This document shows positions 1 to 9,326 of a stretch of DNA of 64,000 nt, one piece after another; position 1 is the stretch's first letter, and each line of letters starts with the position of its first letter. The notes beneath the pieces are model-generated. The model saw only the letters and a list, made by a program, of their open reading frames with translations. It made no database searches and was not told the DNA's origin. The position numbers and the translations under genes are program-made. Location: IMG/VR virus record IMGVR_UViG_3300020057_000001, positions 32,001 through 96,000 of that record; one strand, written 5' to 3'. Source of the DNA: a virus.

Positions 1-2
1 AT

Positions 3-428
3 GAAGACGTAAAGCTCTTGCTTGAGTCTTTAGCAGATGTGAACGCACTGCCCGCAGAAGCCGACATCTACGCTGGTGAAAACTGGTTGTTCGAGGGTGT
101 CGAGCATCTGATCGACGAGCTTACGTACCGTGGACAAATAGAGACGTTACTCAATCAAGGGCGCTTGAAGGCACCTGTCGCTGAAGCCCTGCTGAAGAGG
201 GGTCCTGGTAGACCCTCGGCGGCTATTCAACCTCCAAAGGGTACGAGCGGAACCGGTGCTGTACACCACAGTGGAAAAATTCAACTGTTTGCGTTGTCTA
301 GTAACTGGAACAAAGTAGTAAAAAAATTCCAAGAAGGCCCTACGCCGATACGTATGGCTACCAACTCGTTAGTATCGCGGGAACGTAAGCTCAGTAAGAA
401 GGACATGGAAGATGAAGAAAAATCTTAA
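3..428 (+). CDS. Hypothetical protein, 5' truncated by the window edge
   Basis: Frame open from position 3; overlaps the start of the next gene; no recognisable motif. Confidence 0.5.
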   Translation, partial: EDVKLLLESLADVNALPAEADIYAGENWLFEGVEHLIDELTYRGQIETLLNQGRLKAPVAEALLKRGPGRPSAAIQPPKGTSGTGAVHHSGKIQLFALSSNWNKVVKKFQEGPTPIRMATNSLVSRERKLSKKDMEDEEKS

Positions 429-1539
429 GCCAAAACTTAGAGCTATAAAACCTCTCCTGAGGCAAGTGCTTTTTCTTAAGCGCTTAGAAGCAGAGATGAA
501 CGCGGCCTACGACATGATCTCTAGCAAGCTTGTCGACGATATCATGAAGCAGGTTGCGCTTGTAGAACCCCTAGCCAAGTCAGACGACGACCTTCCAGAG
601 AACTTTTCAAGAAAGATTCCCCGCTTCGAGGTGGATCTTTCATCTATTAGCAAGCTCATAGAAAAATACACGGACGCTTTGCGCTACACGATTCTCGGTA
701 AAGCCGCAGGGAAAGAAGCCGAAGACGCTGTAACAGAGCTTAGGCTGAAGACTAAGATTCCCGCAGGTGGGGTGGTGCAAGGCTACCTTTCAGCCCTAGA
801 CGCGCACGCTGCATACATGAACGGGGTCCTTGAGAAAGAAGGGTCTATCTCGGGACGCTTTACCAAAAAAGCGCTTGACTTTATTAAAGAAAAAACCGGC
901 CTATTGGTAGATGCCAAAGTGCTCGAACTGAGGTCAAGGACCCTATCGACTTTGCAAGATTCTCTTAAAGAGATTGATATGCAGAATGATGCCGCTGTGC
1001 GTGAATACGTACTGGCTGAAAATACGCTTAAGGGAAACATCTCGTCGATTAAAGCTAAACAAGCACTCGTGAAAGAAGCTATCCAAGACGTGTTCGAAAA
1101 ACGCACACCGGTCTACCTCGTCAAGCAGCGTCTCAAGGACGTTACCCAAGAGTACGGGACCAATTGGACACGTGTCGTGCGCACGGAAATGGGTCTCGCT
1201 TCCGGTGCCGCTTCACAGCAAGCCATAGCGGATATTGCAGGGCACGAAGATCCCGTAGTCGCTATTGTTGTTACAAAAGACGACAGGTTGTCACCTGAGT
1301 GCCGTGACTGGTCGTTAAACGAAGACGGGTCGTACAAATATTTCAAAATGAGTGCGTTGAAACCCGCAGGATACAACCTTGGGCGAAAGAAAGCGGAGTG
1401 GAAAAATAGCGTACCAAGTCGACACTTCAACTGCCGCTGCCATATCGCGTACGTCCCTGCCGGTTTCAAACTTGACCTGTATGGTTCGCTGATCCCACTC
1501 ACAGACACCGAGGAACTGAAACTTGAAAACAACTCTTAA
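412..1539 (+). CDS. Phage head morphogenesis protein (SPP1 gp7 / Mu F-like minor head protein)
   Basis: RVVRTE motif, DDRLSPEC and C-terminal HFNCRC motif typical of the family. Confidence 0.8.
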   Translation: MKKNLKPKLRAIKPLLRQVLFLKRLEAEMNAAYDMISSKLVDDIMKQVALVEPLAKSDDDLPENFSRKIPRFEVDLSSISKLIEKYTDALRYTILGKAAGKEAEDAVTELRLKTKIPAGGVVQGYLSALDAHAAYMNGVLEKEGSISGRFTKKALDFIKEKTGLLVDAKVLELRSRTLSTLQDSLKEIDMQNDAAVREYVLAENTLKGNISSIKAKQALVKEAIQDVFEKRTPVYLVKQRLKDVTQEYGTNWTRVVRTEMGLASGAASQQAIADIAGHEDPVVAIVVTKDDRLSPECRDWSLNEDGSYKYFKMSALKPAGYNLGRKKAEWKNSVPSRHFNCRCHIAYVPAGFKLDLYGSLIPLTDTEELKLENNS

Positions 1540-2014
1540 TGATCTCGTGCAACGGAATGCAACCTCCACCACATTTCTTTGGACAATACCTAAGCGGACG
1601 CTTCGACGAAGAATTCGCGTGGCTTTTTACGTGTACGTTACCGGCCCTATACGGACAGTGCGGGTTGCCGCCGCGCATGTTTTCCAAAACCTCTGGCTGT
1701 TAAAGCACGTTTGGAGGTTCCGCCCTTGGGACGCGGCGTACAAGTACGCGCTCCTCTACGACATCTACGACAAAATGGTCATAGATTTTGAACGTGGAAA
1801 CGATATGGTAGACAGCTCAAAAAGTATCAAGAGCCTTAAGATTTGCAGAGAAGCATGTAAGCGGCTGAGGGATCCTGTAGATACATACGTAGACGTGACA
1901 GAAAAAGCAAAGCTTTTTAGTGACCGCTACGTTATATGTTCTGCGGACGATACTAAAGGTCCGAGAGAAACGCTAGCTAACGAAATAAAGCGCAACGGCA
2001 ACTGGTGGTGGTGA
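1523..2014 (+). CDS. Hypothetical phage protein
   Basis: 163-aa ORF coupled to the upstream gene; start uncertain. Confidence 0.5.
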   Translation: MKTTLNDLVQRNATSTTFLWTIPKRTLRRRIRVAFYVYVTGPIRTVRVAAAHVFQNLWLLKHVWRFRPWDAAYKYALLYDIYDKMVIDFERGNDMVDSSKSIKSLKICREACKRLRDPVDTYVDVTEKAKLFSDRYVICSADDTKGPRETLANEIKRNGNWWW

Positions 2015-2039
2015 GTTAAAGGTCTGCGCGGTCAGGTAC

Positions 2040-2249
2040 TTATCGTACACTTTTGTTTTTATCTCGTATAATAGACACTTCCACACGGTGCATGACGGTA
2101 CTCACTACCAGCATCAACCCTAGAGTCATTAAAAACGGCGCGACGTCCCGCTCCATGTTGTCGGTAAACTTCAAAAGTAGAACTGTTGCCACAGCAAACG
2201 ACAGGAATTGTAGCCCAACTAATGAATATAACAAGTAATATTTTTTCAT
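2040..2249 (-). CDS. Small two-TM membrane protein
   Basis: Two hydrophobic segments; GAGG RBS; sigma28-like promoter upstream. Confidence 0.6.
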   Translation of the reverse strand: MKKYYLLYSLVGLQFLSFAVATVLLLKFTDNMERDVAPFLMTLGLMLVVSTVMHRVEVSIIRDKNKSVR

Positions 2250-2276
2250 CTCATACCTCTTAAGTTTCTAAATTGT

Positions 2277-2303
2277 GTATCGTCAGGGTCTGTAAAAACT
2301 TTA
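2277..2303 (-). promoter_or_regulatory. sigma28/FliA-like promoter
   Basis: Minus strand TAAAGTTT-N11-GACGATAC upstream of 2040..2249. Confidence 0.7.
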
Positions 2304-2363
2304 ACACTATTTTGGAACAAGTCAAAAATAAAAGACTTGACGGCGCTAAACTTTAGTTAATTT

Positions 2364-2870
2364 TCATTGTCTTTGCTTCAGGAACGCGTCCACCATGTCA
2401 AACCAATAGTTGAGAAGCTGTAGGTGAGAAGGCAAGGTCGGGCTCATTACAGACGTATCGTCTTGCGTGTGGTCGAGGTTGTTGTAGGCGTGTCCGCACT
2501 CATGCCAAAGCAAAACTTTTCTTGTCTCGTAGCTTGCGGATTCCCAAAAAGCGCGTTTTAAATAAATAGTTCCAGACCCTACAAGCGATTTTCCGTTTAG
2601 TGTTCGGTAAGAGGCAAGTCCCACAGTTTCGGGACTTGATGTAGGTAGGTTGGCAAAGTTGTCGACTACTAAGATCTGCTTGACGACACCCGCTACATAT
2701 ACAGGATTATGCTTGTTCATATCCAAAAACTCGTTGAGCAGTTCTCTGATTTCAGGATGATTTTCAGGAACCTGTGCGGGTCTTGGAGCGTCTAAAAAGA
2801 GTGTGACGGAGGGCTCTTCGCCTCCACACGCTGTGAGAAAGACGGCTAGAACTAGCAGTAGTATTTTCAT
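2364..2870 (-). CDS. Lipoprotein zinc metallopeptidase (metzincin/matrixin-like)
   Basis: Lipobox LTAC; HECGHAYNNLDH followed by Met-turn SVMSP. Confidence 0.75.
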   Translation of the reverse strand: MKILLLVLAVFLTACGGEEPSVTLFLDAPRPAQVPENHPEIRELLNEFLDMNKHNPVYVAGVVKQILVVDNFANLPTSSPETVGLASYRTLNGKSLVGSGTIYLKRAFWESASYETRKVLLWHECGHAYNNLDHTQDDTSVMSPTLPSHLQLLNYWFDMVDAFLKQRQ

Positions 2871-2903
2871 TCTGTTTCCCGTGAGATGTCTAAGTTTTGA
2901 AAC

Positions 2904-3230
2904 TTATTGTTTTGGTGAGCCGTTTGCGCTAAAGCGCTTAATCGTTTTACCTAAAGAGCCTGCGGCACTTAGCTCTAGCTGCATGCCATCCGAAGGTGCT
3001 TCGTCGTAGAACGCCCAAAGCTCGTCACAGGTATCTAGAAAGCTCATGCCCGCCACCATACCTAGAATCCGTTCTTCTGGGTTGGTGTCGTCGAGCGCTT
3101 GGGGAAGGTAGGCGTGAGGAGCATAGGGCGCGTAGCCTTGGAGTACTGCTTCGCGACAATACATCAAGGCATTTTTTACATTTCTGTAGGGGTCAGCGGC
3201 AAAGGGCGAACATATAAACACACGTTTCAT
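2904..3230 (-). CDS. DUF4406/nucleoside 2-deoxyribosyltransferase-like Rossmannoid protein
   Basis: VFICSPF, PYAPH, CDELW and S.GM..E motifs. Confidence 0.65.
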   Translation of the reverse strand: MKRVFICSPFAADPYRNVKNALMYCREAVLQGYAPYAPHAYLPQALDDTNPEERILGMVAGMSFLDTCDELWAFYDEAPSDGMQLELSAAGSLGKTIKRFSANGSPKQ

Positions 3231-4018
3231 GTTGAGATTCCCATTAAGTATTCGAAGGCTTTTTCTGCTTGCATTGGAACCACTGCGTTACCGAGTCGCT
3301 TAATTCTGTCCATCCGAGAGGGAACCCCATAAATACCTCTGCCCATAGTGGGCTTAACAATGCGCCCGTTGGCACTGATGAATTCGTGATTTGCTGATAT
3401 TTTGAATTTCGTCCAAGGGGTAAATTCACAAATGCAGTCAGCGCTAGGCTGTTCCTTCGGTACTCTGACGGATGAGCGCCGTCTCTGTAATCCCTGGCTG
3501 CTAACGTCGGATATACTGTAAGCCAGGCAGAACCAACGTTCCCGCTTGTGTGGTGCTCCGACTTCTTGAGCGGATAGCATACACCAGCGACTATCATACC
3601 CTGCCTTGGTAAGTTCTTCGAGCACTCGATCCATTCCCCGTGTTCTGATTGCTGGGACGTTTTCAAGGAATATGAACGCGGGCTTGATCTCTTCGGCCAA
3701 GCGCATGATCTCGAAAAATAATCCACTTCGCTTTCCGTCCAAGATTCCTGCGCCTTTTCCAGCGACGGAGATATCCTGGCAGGGGAACCCTGCGACAATG
3801 ATGTCAATGACGGTGTCGAAGTGTTTTCCGGTGAGTGTAGAGATGTCGTCCCAAATCGGTGCTGCTTTGATGCTTTGATCACCCATTCGTGATAAGAGTA
3901 CAGACTGAGCGTGTCGGTCTTGTTCACAGTAAGCAATTGTGTTGATGTATTCTCTAAGCGCAAGGGTGTTTCCGCCGATGCCGCTAAATAAATCCAAGCC
4001 ATTTAATTTTTCCTTCAT
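3227..4018 (-). CDS. DNA cytosine-C5 methyltransferase, alpha chain (motif IX absent)
   Basis: LDLFSGIGG (I), GFPCQ (IV), ENV (VI), HKRERWF (VIII), LGNAVVP (X). Confidence 0.9.
   Translation of the reverse strand: MKEKLNGLDLFSGIGGNTLALREYINTIAYCEQDRHAQSVLLSRMGDQSIKAAPIWDDISTLTGKHFDTVIDIIVAGFPCQDISVAGKGAGILDGKRSGLFFEIMRLAEEIKPAFIFLENVPAIRTRGMDRVLEELTKAGYDSRWCMLSAQEVGAPHKRERWFCLAYSISDVSSQGLQRRRSSVRVPKEQPSADCICEFTPWTKFKISANHEFISANGRIVKPTMGRGIYGVPSRMDRIKRLGNAVVPMQAEKAFEYLMGIST
3244..4002 (-). CDS. Overlapping alternate-frame polypeptide carrying C5-MTase motif IX (putative beta chain)
   Basis: 252-codon frame nested in the MTase; ends in LLSPLWAEVFMGFPLGWT, matching motif IX. Confidence 0.65.
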   Translation of the reverse strand: MAWIYLAASAETPLRLENTSTQLLTVNKTDTLSLYSYHEWVIKASKQHRFGTTSLHSPENTSTPSLTSLSQGSPARISPSLEKAQESWTESEVDYFSRSCAWPKRSSPRSYSLKTSQQSEHGEWIECSKNLPRQGMIVAGVCYPLKKSEHHTSGNVGSAWLTVYPTLAARDYRDGAHPSEYRRNSLALTAFVNLPLGRNSKYQQITNSSVPTGALLSPLWAEVFMGFPLGWTELSDSVTQWFQCKQKKPSNT

Positions 4019-4030
4019 GCCGCGACCTCT

Positions 4031-4561
4031 TTACAACCGAACAATTCCTACACTCGAAAACGCTTCTTTAAACTTTTCACTTTCGTCTACAGAACCCGCA
4101 ACATAGATAATGGCATTCCCATGGGAAGGCGAGGCATGCGCTCCGTGTTGGGAATCAAACCGAATTCTCTTAGCAGGAATACAGAACGAAAACTCAGCCA
4201 TGCTGGGTACGCCCTTCCCTTGTGAGTTTTGGAAAGCTTCCAAGCTAAAGGCTAAAAAGATAGCGTGCTTTAGGTGCCCCGATGCTTTGTAGCGCATGAG
4301 CTTTTGCCAGAACAAAGACATGTTCGACTTGTTGCCCGTTTTTCCGCCGGGGGGATTGAGAAAGATAGAGCAGTCGATAGGCCATTCTGTCGTCAATCCG
4401 CCTTGTTCTTGATTGATAATCGTAGTGGCACCCACTCTAGCGTTGCCAAAAACGTCAGAGGCAGGGTCGAGGTCTATTGTCCCTAGCACCAGTTTCGCCT
4501 TTTCAACAATCAAAGTAGGGGTGTACCAAAGGTCAGTAGCAGAGCTGTGTAAGATGTTCAT
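4031..4561 (-). CDS. Phage DNA N6-adenine methyltransferase (Dam-like)
   Basis: DLWYTP, IDLDPAS, catalytic-type NPPG, RIRF. Confidence 0.75.
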   Translation of the reverse strand: MNILHSSATDLWYTPTLIVEKAKLVLGTIDLDPASDVFGNARVGATTIINQEQGGLTTEWPIDCSIFLNPPGGKTGNKSNMSLFWQKLMRYKASGHLKHAIFLAFSLEAFQNSQGKGVPSMAEFSFCIPAKRIRFDSQHGAHASPSHGNAIIYVAGSVDESEKFKEAFSSVGIVRL

Positions 4562-4860
4562 TCAACCGCGCCCACATCGCCCACGCGCAGCTCGTTTTCA
4601 CAAGGACCCATGACAGTGTATTCAGCCGATCCAACCTTGGAAACCAAGCTTCGAAACGGAATCTCTTCACCAAGCTCAGTAAGGACAACAAAACGACTCT
4701 CGGAGATCGACACAACCACTCCTCGCAGCGACCGTAGTACGTTCTTCCCTGTGCTCATTGAAAGAAGCAAAGTGTCCCCTTGCTCAAAGTATTCTGGATG
4801 GCTCGGGTCTTGTAAAAAATTTACAGCGTTTCCCTTAAGTAGTTCAGGCGTCGAGTTCAT
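4558..4860 (-). CDS. Hypothetical protein
   Basis: ORF coupled by ATGA-type overlap within the operon. Confidence 0.55.
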   Translation of the reverse strand: MNSTPELLKGNAVNFLQDPSHPEYFEQGDTLLLSMSTGKNVLRSLRGVVVSISESRFVVLTELGEEIPFRSLVSKVGSAEYTVMGPCENELRVGDVGAVE

Positions 4861-5545
4861 TCAATTCTCCACTATCAATTCGTAGTTTTAGCTCTTCCAT
4901 GGCGTTATCTTTTAACACTTTCTCTGCTACTATTTCAGTAACTTCACTGTAGGCATCGGTCAGCAACACGGCAGACTTTAGTCTCCATCTTAAAAAATCT
5001 ATTTTCTTTAGGAATCTTTTAAAGTCTTCTGGTACATGGTGCGTATTCATAGTCGCGTCTTTAAGATACAGGTCTTGCCACCTCGACGGGATCTCAACAA
5101 CGTCTAGATTTCCGCCAGTCATGTCTAACCAGTCGAGCGCAAGAATGACCTCTATTTTTTCTTCTGCCGCTAGCTTAAGCAGGAGGCAGTCACATATTGC
5201 TACTTGCTTCTCTTTAGAAAGAGCACTGTAGGCCGCGTTTTCAATCATTAGCGGGTTCGCCCACACCTCGACAAGCACCGCGTCTAGCACTTCTCTAGGC
5301 GCTTCGGTGGAATCTAGCTTTTTTTCTACTGCCATTTCGCATTCGTCGTAAAGCTGGAGTACCCGATAGTCTTGCTTGCAGCACAGCGAGATGTACTCAA
5401 ACGTTTTATCAGCTAGTACGTCCATGCTCCAGCGTTCGTGCTGCTCCTCGATCTCCCACTTAACGTAGAGGTCTAGAAGGTCGTAGCCTCTTTGCGACCT
5501 TGGGGAAAGCTTTACGTACTTGGGGTGCTTGAATATTCGTGCCAT
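4844..5545 (-). CDS. Hypothetical protein
   Basis: 233-aa ORF with AAGGA RBS. Confidence 0.65.
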   Translation of the reverse strand: MARIFKHPKYVKLSPRSQRGYDLLDLYVKWEIEEQHERWSMDVLADKTFEYISLCCKQDYRVLQLYDECEMAVEKKLDSTEAPREVLDAVLVEVWANPLMIENAAYSALSKEKQVAICDCLLLKLAAEEKIEVILALDWLDMTGGNLDVVEIPSRWQDLYLKDATMNTHHVPEDFKRFLKKIDFLRWRLKSAVLLTDAYSEVTEIVAEKVLKDNAMEELKLRIDSGELNELDA

Positions 5546-5570
5546 GGTAATCCTTTTTCAAACGTCGAGA

Positions 5571-5607
5571 ACTTGAATGTCTTCGGTAACAGTGCGGTAG
5601 ACTTTAG
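5571..5607. repeat. 37-bp direct repeat, copy 1 (duplicate of the helicase 3' end; contains a sigma28-like promoter)
   Basis: acttgaatgtcttcggtaacagtgcggtagactttag identical to 6433..6469; minus strand reads TAAAGTCT-N11-ACCGAAGA. Confidence 0.95.
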
Positions 5608-5612
5608 AAGGT

Positions 5613-6386
5613 CTACCTCAGAAGGAGCTGAATATTAAGCTCAAGCCCCCCCGTCGACCAGCCGCCCACGTGGATGCCGACCAATCGCCCAGCACCGTCA
5701 AAAACGGGCGCGCCGCTGGAACCGCCCGCAGCGGCAGCGTCGGTTATCATCGCATTGCTCCAATAGACGCCCCCTCCTGAGTAGCTCTCGTCCGTCACTG
5801 ATCCGGCGGCGAATTGCACATCGTTGGTCAAGTCTAGCGGAAAAGATGCTGTGACAGTCAAATCCCCTAATTTCGGAGCGTAGTCTTTAGATTCGCTGAA
5901 CCCCTGCAACGCAAGTCCCGCAGTGTTCCAAGCGATTCCCGAAATTCGTGTAACGTCGCGCGAGCCATCTTGAAAAGCCGTACCACCCGCGCCTACAAGA
6001 GTTGGGCCGGAGTAGTAGAGCATGTTGGTGCAACCGGAGGTTACATGATGTGCTGTAAGGATTCGCCCGTCGTGTAGTTTTGTCCCTGTGCCTCGCGTCG
6101 CATTTGAAACACATTGCAAGTCAAGAATTGACGCGCGGTTTGGGATAATAGCCTGTAAGATAGAGACCAACGCTGCTGTATAAGATTGACCGTCCTTTCC
6201 TGTAATACCTGTATTTCCTGTTTGACCGTCCTTTCCTGTAATACCTGTATTTCCTGTAATACCTGTATTTCCTGTTTGACCGGCCTTGCCGCTCTCTCCA
6301 GATGGCCCTGGCCTACCGTCCTTACCGTCTGATCCGCACGCTGCGAGAAATAAAGAAGCCAAAGTGTACAAGCGGGGGTAATTCAT
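5613..6386 (-). CDS. Lipoprotein with collagen-like repeat and trypsin-like serine protease domain
   Basis: Lipobox LAAC; Gly-X-Y run (GQTGNTGITGKD)n; LTAHHV and GGSSGAPV catalytic motifs. Confidence 0.85.
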   Translation of the reverse strand: MNYPRLYTLASLFLAACGSDGKDGRPGPSGESGKAGQTGNTGITGNTGITGKDGQTGNTGITGKDGQSYTAALVSILQAIIPNRASILDLQCVSNATRGTGTKLHDGRILTAHHVTSGCTNMLYYSGPTLVGAGGTAFQDGSRDVTRISGIAWNTAGLALQGFSESKDYAPKLGDLTVTASFPLDLTNDVQFAAGSVTDESYSGGGVYWSNAMITDAAAAGGSSGAPVFDGAGRLVGIHVGGWSTGGLELNIQLLLR

Positions 6387-6419
6387 AATGTTCTCCTAAT
6401 AGCCTAATCGGCGGTTGTT

Positions 6420-7856
6420 TCAAACTTCTAGCACTTGAATGTCTTCGGTAACAGTGCGGTAGACTTTAGCTCTTTGTTGAGAGTACCCTAAGAATTTATC
6501 TCGATACCCGTAACCTTTCAAGGTGACGTCAAAGAAATATACGGCGTCCTTACCAGGACTCAGGCGAAGCCCTCGTCCTAGCACTTGTCTTGTCAAAGCT
6601 TCGCCGGAAGTATTCACAACTGATATCATGGCGTCTATGGAGGGTACGTCAATCCCAGTTCCCAACAATGCACTATTAGAGATCAGCGTGCCTACCTTCC
6701 CGTCTTTAAACATTTTGAAAGGGTGCCGAAACCCGCTATGCGCAACCATATGCTTTGTGCCGTAGCGCTCATTGTAAGCAGTGGCGAATTTCTCCCCTGG
6801 CTCTCTTGTCTTAAAGAGCACAAGAGTTCTCAGCCCTCTGTCTTCTAGAGCCTTCAGGGTGTCACAAAGATAATTTATGGCCGCAGACGAGCTGGCAAGA
6901 ATGCCGTAAGCTTTTTGCTGGTTCATGGCATCGGGCAGGGTAGATTTTTGAGAGGAGAGATTAATCATAAAAATCCGAGGGGGTGTGAGAAACTTATGCT
7001 CAAGTCCCCAAGCGGAAGTCTTTTGATAAACTACAGGGCCGCAGAGGGCATGCACGCCTACGACTAGGCTGTCAGCTCTCACAGGAGTGGCTGTGAGCCC
7101 GTAGGCATGAGAAGCGCCCGAGCCGAGAATGGCCGCCGAGTAGGAATCCGATCCCACCCCATGGCATTCATCTGAAACCATGACATTGAACATATCGCAA
7201 TAGCCTTTCGCCGAAGCGATAGTGGTTACTGCGCAAGGAGCACCTTCTTTAAACTTTGCTCCGCCGCCTATGCCACACGTTCCCGGGATAACTTCCTTTA
7301 ATGCTTTAACAGTTTGTTCCACAAGGTCAATTGTAGGCACAATCACCAAAGGACGCTTCCCACTCTTAATAGCGGAGTGGCAAAGCATAGCGATGATCAG
7401 GGACTTACCCCCGCCCGTGAACACATCGAGCATTGCTCTCTTGAAAAGGAGCAGCTCTTTTACAGCTTCGACTTGGTAGGCTCTAGGCTGTTTGGCATAG
7501 GTGACGTCGAGCGGGTGGTATATGATTTCATTGTTCAGGTGTCCAGACACCTCCTCACAGAGCCACCACAGCCCTGGAGGACAGGACAGCGATCCGTCTG
7601 CGTTTTCGGCGTAGTAGCGAACGAGCAAGTTTTTCCCTAAGCGCCTTATTTCCCTCTCTACCCAACGCGCTTGCACGTCGCTGGTTGACGGCTTGTTTTT
7701 AAGGGCCTTGATTTGGTATTCCACGGAAGAATCTACGGCGGTGATAAAGCGTTTGAAAGGGTCGAGGTCAGCACCTGTGACAATGAGTTCCTGCCCGTCG
7801 GGTCTTAGGGTTCCTTTAGTAAACGGAAAAGCCGTAAATGATTCAATTTTTTTCAC
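6420..7856 (-). CDS. Superfamily 2 DNA helicase (UvsW/ResIII-like)
   Basis: PRAYQ, TGGGKS, DECH, LTATP, TGIDVP, QVLGRGLR. Confidence 0.9.
   Translation of the reverse strand: MKKIESFTAFPFTKGTLRPDGQELIVTGADLDPFKRFITAVDSSVEYQIKALKNKPSTSDVQARWVEREIRRLGKNLLVRYYAENADGSLSCPPGLWWLCEEVSGHLNNEIIYHPLDVTYAKQPRAYQVEAVKELLLFKRAMLDVFTGGGKSLIIAMLCHSAIKSGKRPLVIVPTIDLVEQTVKALKEVIPGTCGIGGGAKFKEGAPCAVTTIASAKGYCDMFNVMVSDECHGVGSDSYSAAILGSGASHAYGLTATPVRADSLVVGVHALCGPVVYQKTSAWGLEHKFLTPPRIFMINLSSQKSTLPDAMNQQKAYGILASSSAAINYLCDTLKALEDRGLRTLVLFKTREPGEKFATAYNERYGTKHMVAHSGFRHPFKMFKDGKVGTLISNSALLGTGIDVPSIDAMISVVNTSGEALTRQVLGRGLRLSPGKDAVYFFDVTLKGYGYRDKFLGYSQQRAKVYRTVTEDIQVLEV
6433..6469. repeat. 37-bp direct repeat, copy 2 (within the helicase 3' end; sigma28-like promoter)
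   Basis: Identical to 5571..5607. Confidence 0.95.
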
Positions 7857-8044
7857 GTTATCAGCCTTATGACGCGGTTGTTAATCAGAGTTGGGCGGGC
7901 TGAAGATTGTCGCTATGACGCCCGCTAAGACGAGCACCCCGATGAAAATTGCAAAGAACAGGATTGGGGCGAGCAGAAGACCAATTAGAAACATGATCAC
8001 GTCCTTTTACCGAAAAACTTAAACATCTCGAACTTCCTAGCCTG

Positions 8045-8071
8045 TTATCGCCACGCGTTCTTCAAACTTTA
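8045..8071 (-). promoter_or_regulatory. sigma28/FliA-like promoter
   Basis: Minus strand TAAAGTTT-N11-GGCGATAA heading the helicase/MTase operon. Confidence 0.75.
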
Positions 8072-8119
8072 GCTTTTTCTAGAATAAATCTTACGATTGA
8101 CTAAAGCAATAGTTGGAAG

Positions 8120-8126
8120 GTAAAAT
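8120..8126 (+). promoter_or_regulatory. GTAAAAT putative late-promoter element
   Basis: 30 nt before the protease ATG; same heptamer precedes nine other + strand genes. Confidence 0.5.
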
Positions 8127-8155
8127 AGCACCTAAGTGTGTTAAGGAGTTAACGA

Positions 8156-8947
8156 ATGGCGTATAGAATCTACGGGGTAGGCTCGGTTCAGTCTCCCGAC
8201 AAAGTGGGCGAAACTGTAAATCTAGAGGGCTTGGATACGTCCAACCTCCGCTATTTGAGCGACGAGCACGCCACCGACGACGTTGGTGGGGGTATGTTCG
8301 CAATATTAGGCGCTATTACCAGCTACAAGAAAATATTTAAACAAGAGGACGCCCAAACGCCTAGACAAAAGCGCTGCTGGGACGTCGCAAAAGCTCCTTT
8401 CCTTTACTTTGAAGCTGAGCTTCTTCACAGCCACCCGAACGCGGCTAGCGCAGAAGCCCTTATCACATGGTGCGCACAACACCCTGAGAATGCTTTAAAA
8501 ATTGGAGCTTCGATCGAAGGCGGTATCGTAAAGAGGGGTGACGCTGACGCAAAACACCTCGAGCAAACTGTAGGCGAGGGGATTGCCCTTACGATAAAGC
8601 CCATGATGCCGCGTTGCTCAGTGTTTCCCATGCTTGATTTACAAAAGAGTAACGTTCAAGTAGCTTACCCTAAAGCCTACGTAGCGCTCTTGCAGAAGTC
8701 GTCTAGTGATAAAGGGTTCATCGAGTTGAAGAAAAGCGAACAAATCCAACTTATTGCCGCGCGGCTAGCTCAGCTAAAGAAATCAGCCGAAGCTATGACA
8801 TCGAGCATGAAGTGCAATCACTGCGGAAAACCAACGTCTTTCTTCATCGGTAGCGATACACCCAACCGCTGCCCTTCGTGCTCTGCGGCGTTTTCAATGA
8901 CTTCGCTCTGGAAAGCTGTTAAAAAAACAACAAAGGATGGTAAATAA
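8156..8947 (+). CDS. Prohead (capsid maturation) protease with C-terminal zinc ribbon
   Basis: S...D..GE, conserved His (SDEH), GASIEG motif of caudoviral prohead proteases; CNHC...CPSC. Confidence 0.75.
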   Translation: MAYRIYGVGSVQSPDKVGETVNLEGLDTSNLRYLSDEHATDDVGGGMFAILGAITSYKKIFKQEDAQTPRQKRCWDVAKAPFLYFEAELLHSHPNAASAEALITWCAQHPENALKIGASIEGGIVKRGDADAKHLEQTVGEGIALTIKPMMPRCSVFPMLDLQKSNVQVAYPKAYVALLQKSSSDKGFIELKKSEQIQLIAARLAQLKKSAEAMTSSMKCNHCGKPTSFFIGSDTPNRCPSCSAAFSMTSLWKAVKKTTKDGK

Positions 8948-9324
8948 TGTCTAGAAGTGTATTCATGGACCCAGCAGTGTCCGCTAACATCTGCCAAGAA
9001 GTGCTTGCTCAGTTCTCAGACTTCTCAGGATCTACTCAAGTCAACCCCCTTCGGTTGCTACAGATCACGGAAAACATCCATCAGCTTTCGATCTCGAACC
9101 AGACAGACGCGGTTATCAGAATTGTTCTTACCGCTCCGGGCCGTGTAGCCGATAAAGGGCTCACTACCGCAAAATTGGTCACAATTGCTGCTCTAAGCGC
9201 ATTTACGTTTGACGGCACAGTTTTAGAAAATCTTCAATTTCCGGCTGGTTCCACTTTTTGGGTATATCCCGCAAGTGCCGTACCTACCCTTGGCTACCTA
9301 CAACTCTTCTCAACGGGGATTTAA
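8947..9324 (+). CDS. Hypothetical, probable virion protein
   Basis: TAATG coupling to the protease gene. Confidence 0.6.
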   Translation: MSRSVFMDPAVSANICQEVLAQFSDFSGSTQVNPLRLLQITENIHQLSISNQTDAVIRIVLTAPGRVADKGLTTAKLVTIAALSAFTFDGTVLENLQFPAGSTFWVYPASAVPTLGYLQLFSTGI

Positions 9325-9326
9325 CC

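Noticed and set aside
3227-4561. Restriction-modification system
   Set aside because: Two methyltransferases but no recognisable adjacent restriction endonuclease; orphan anti-restriction MTases are more likely
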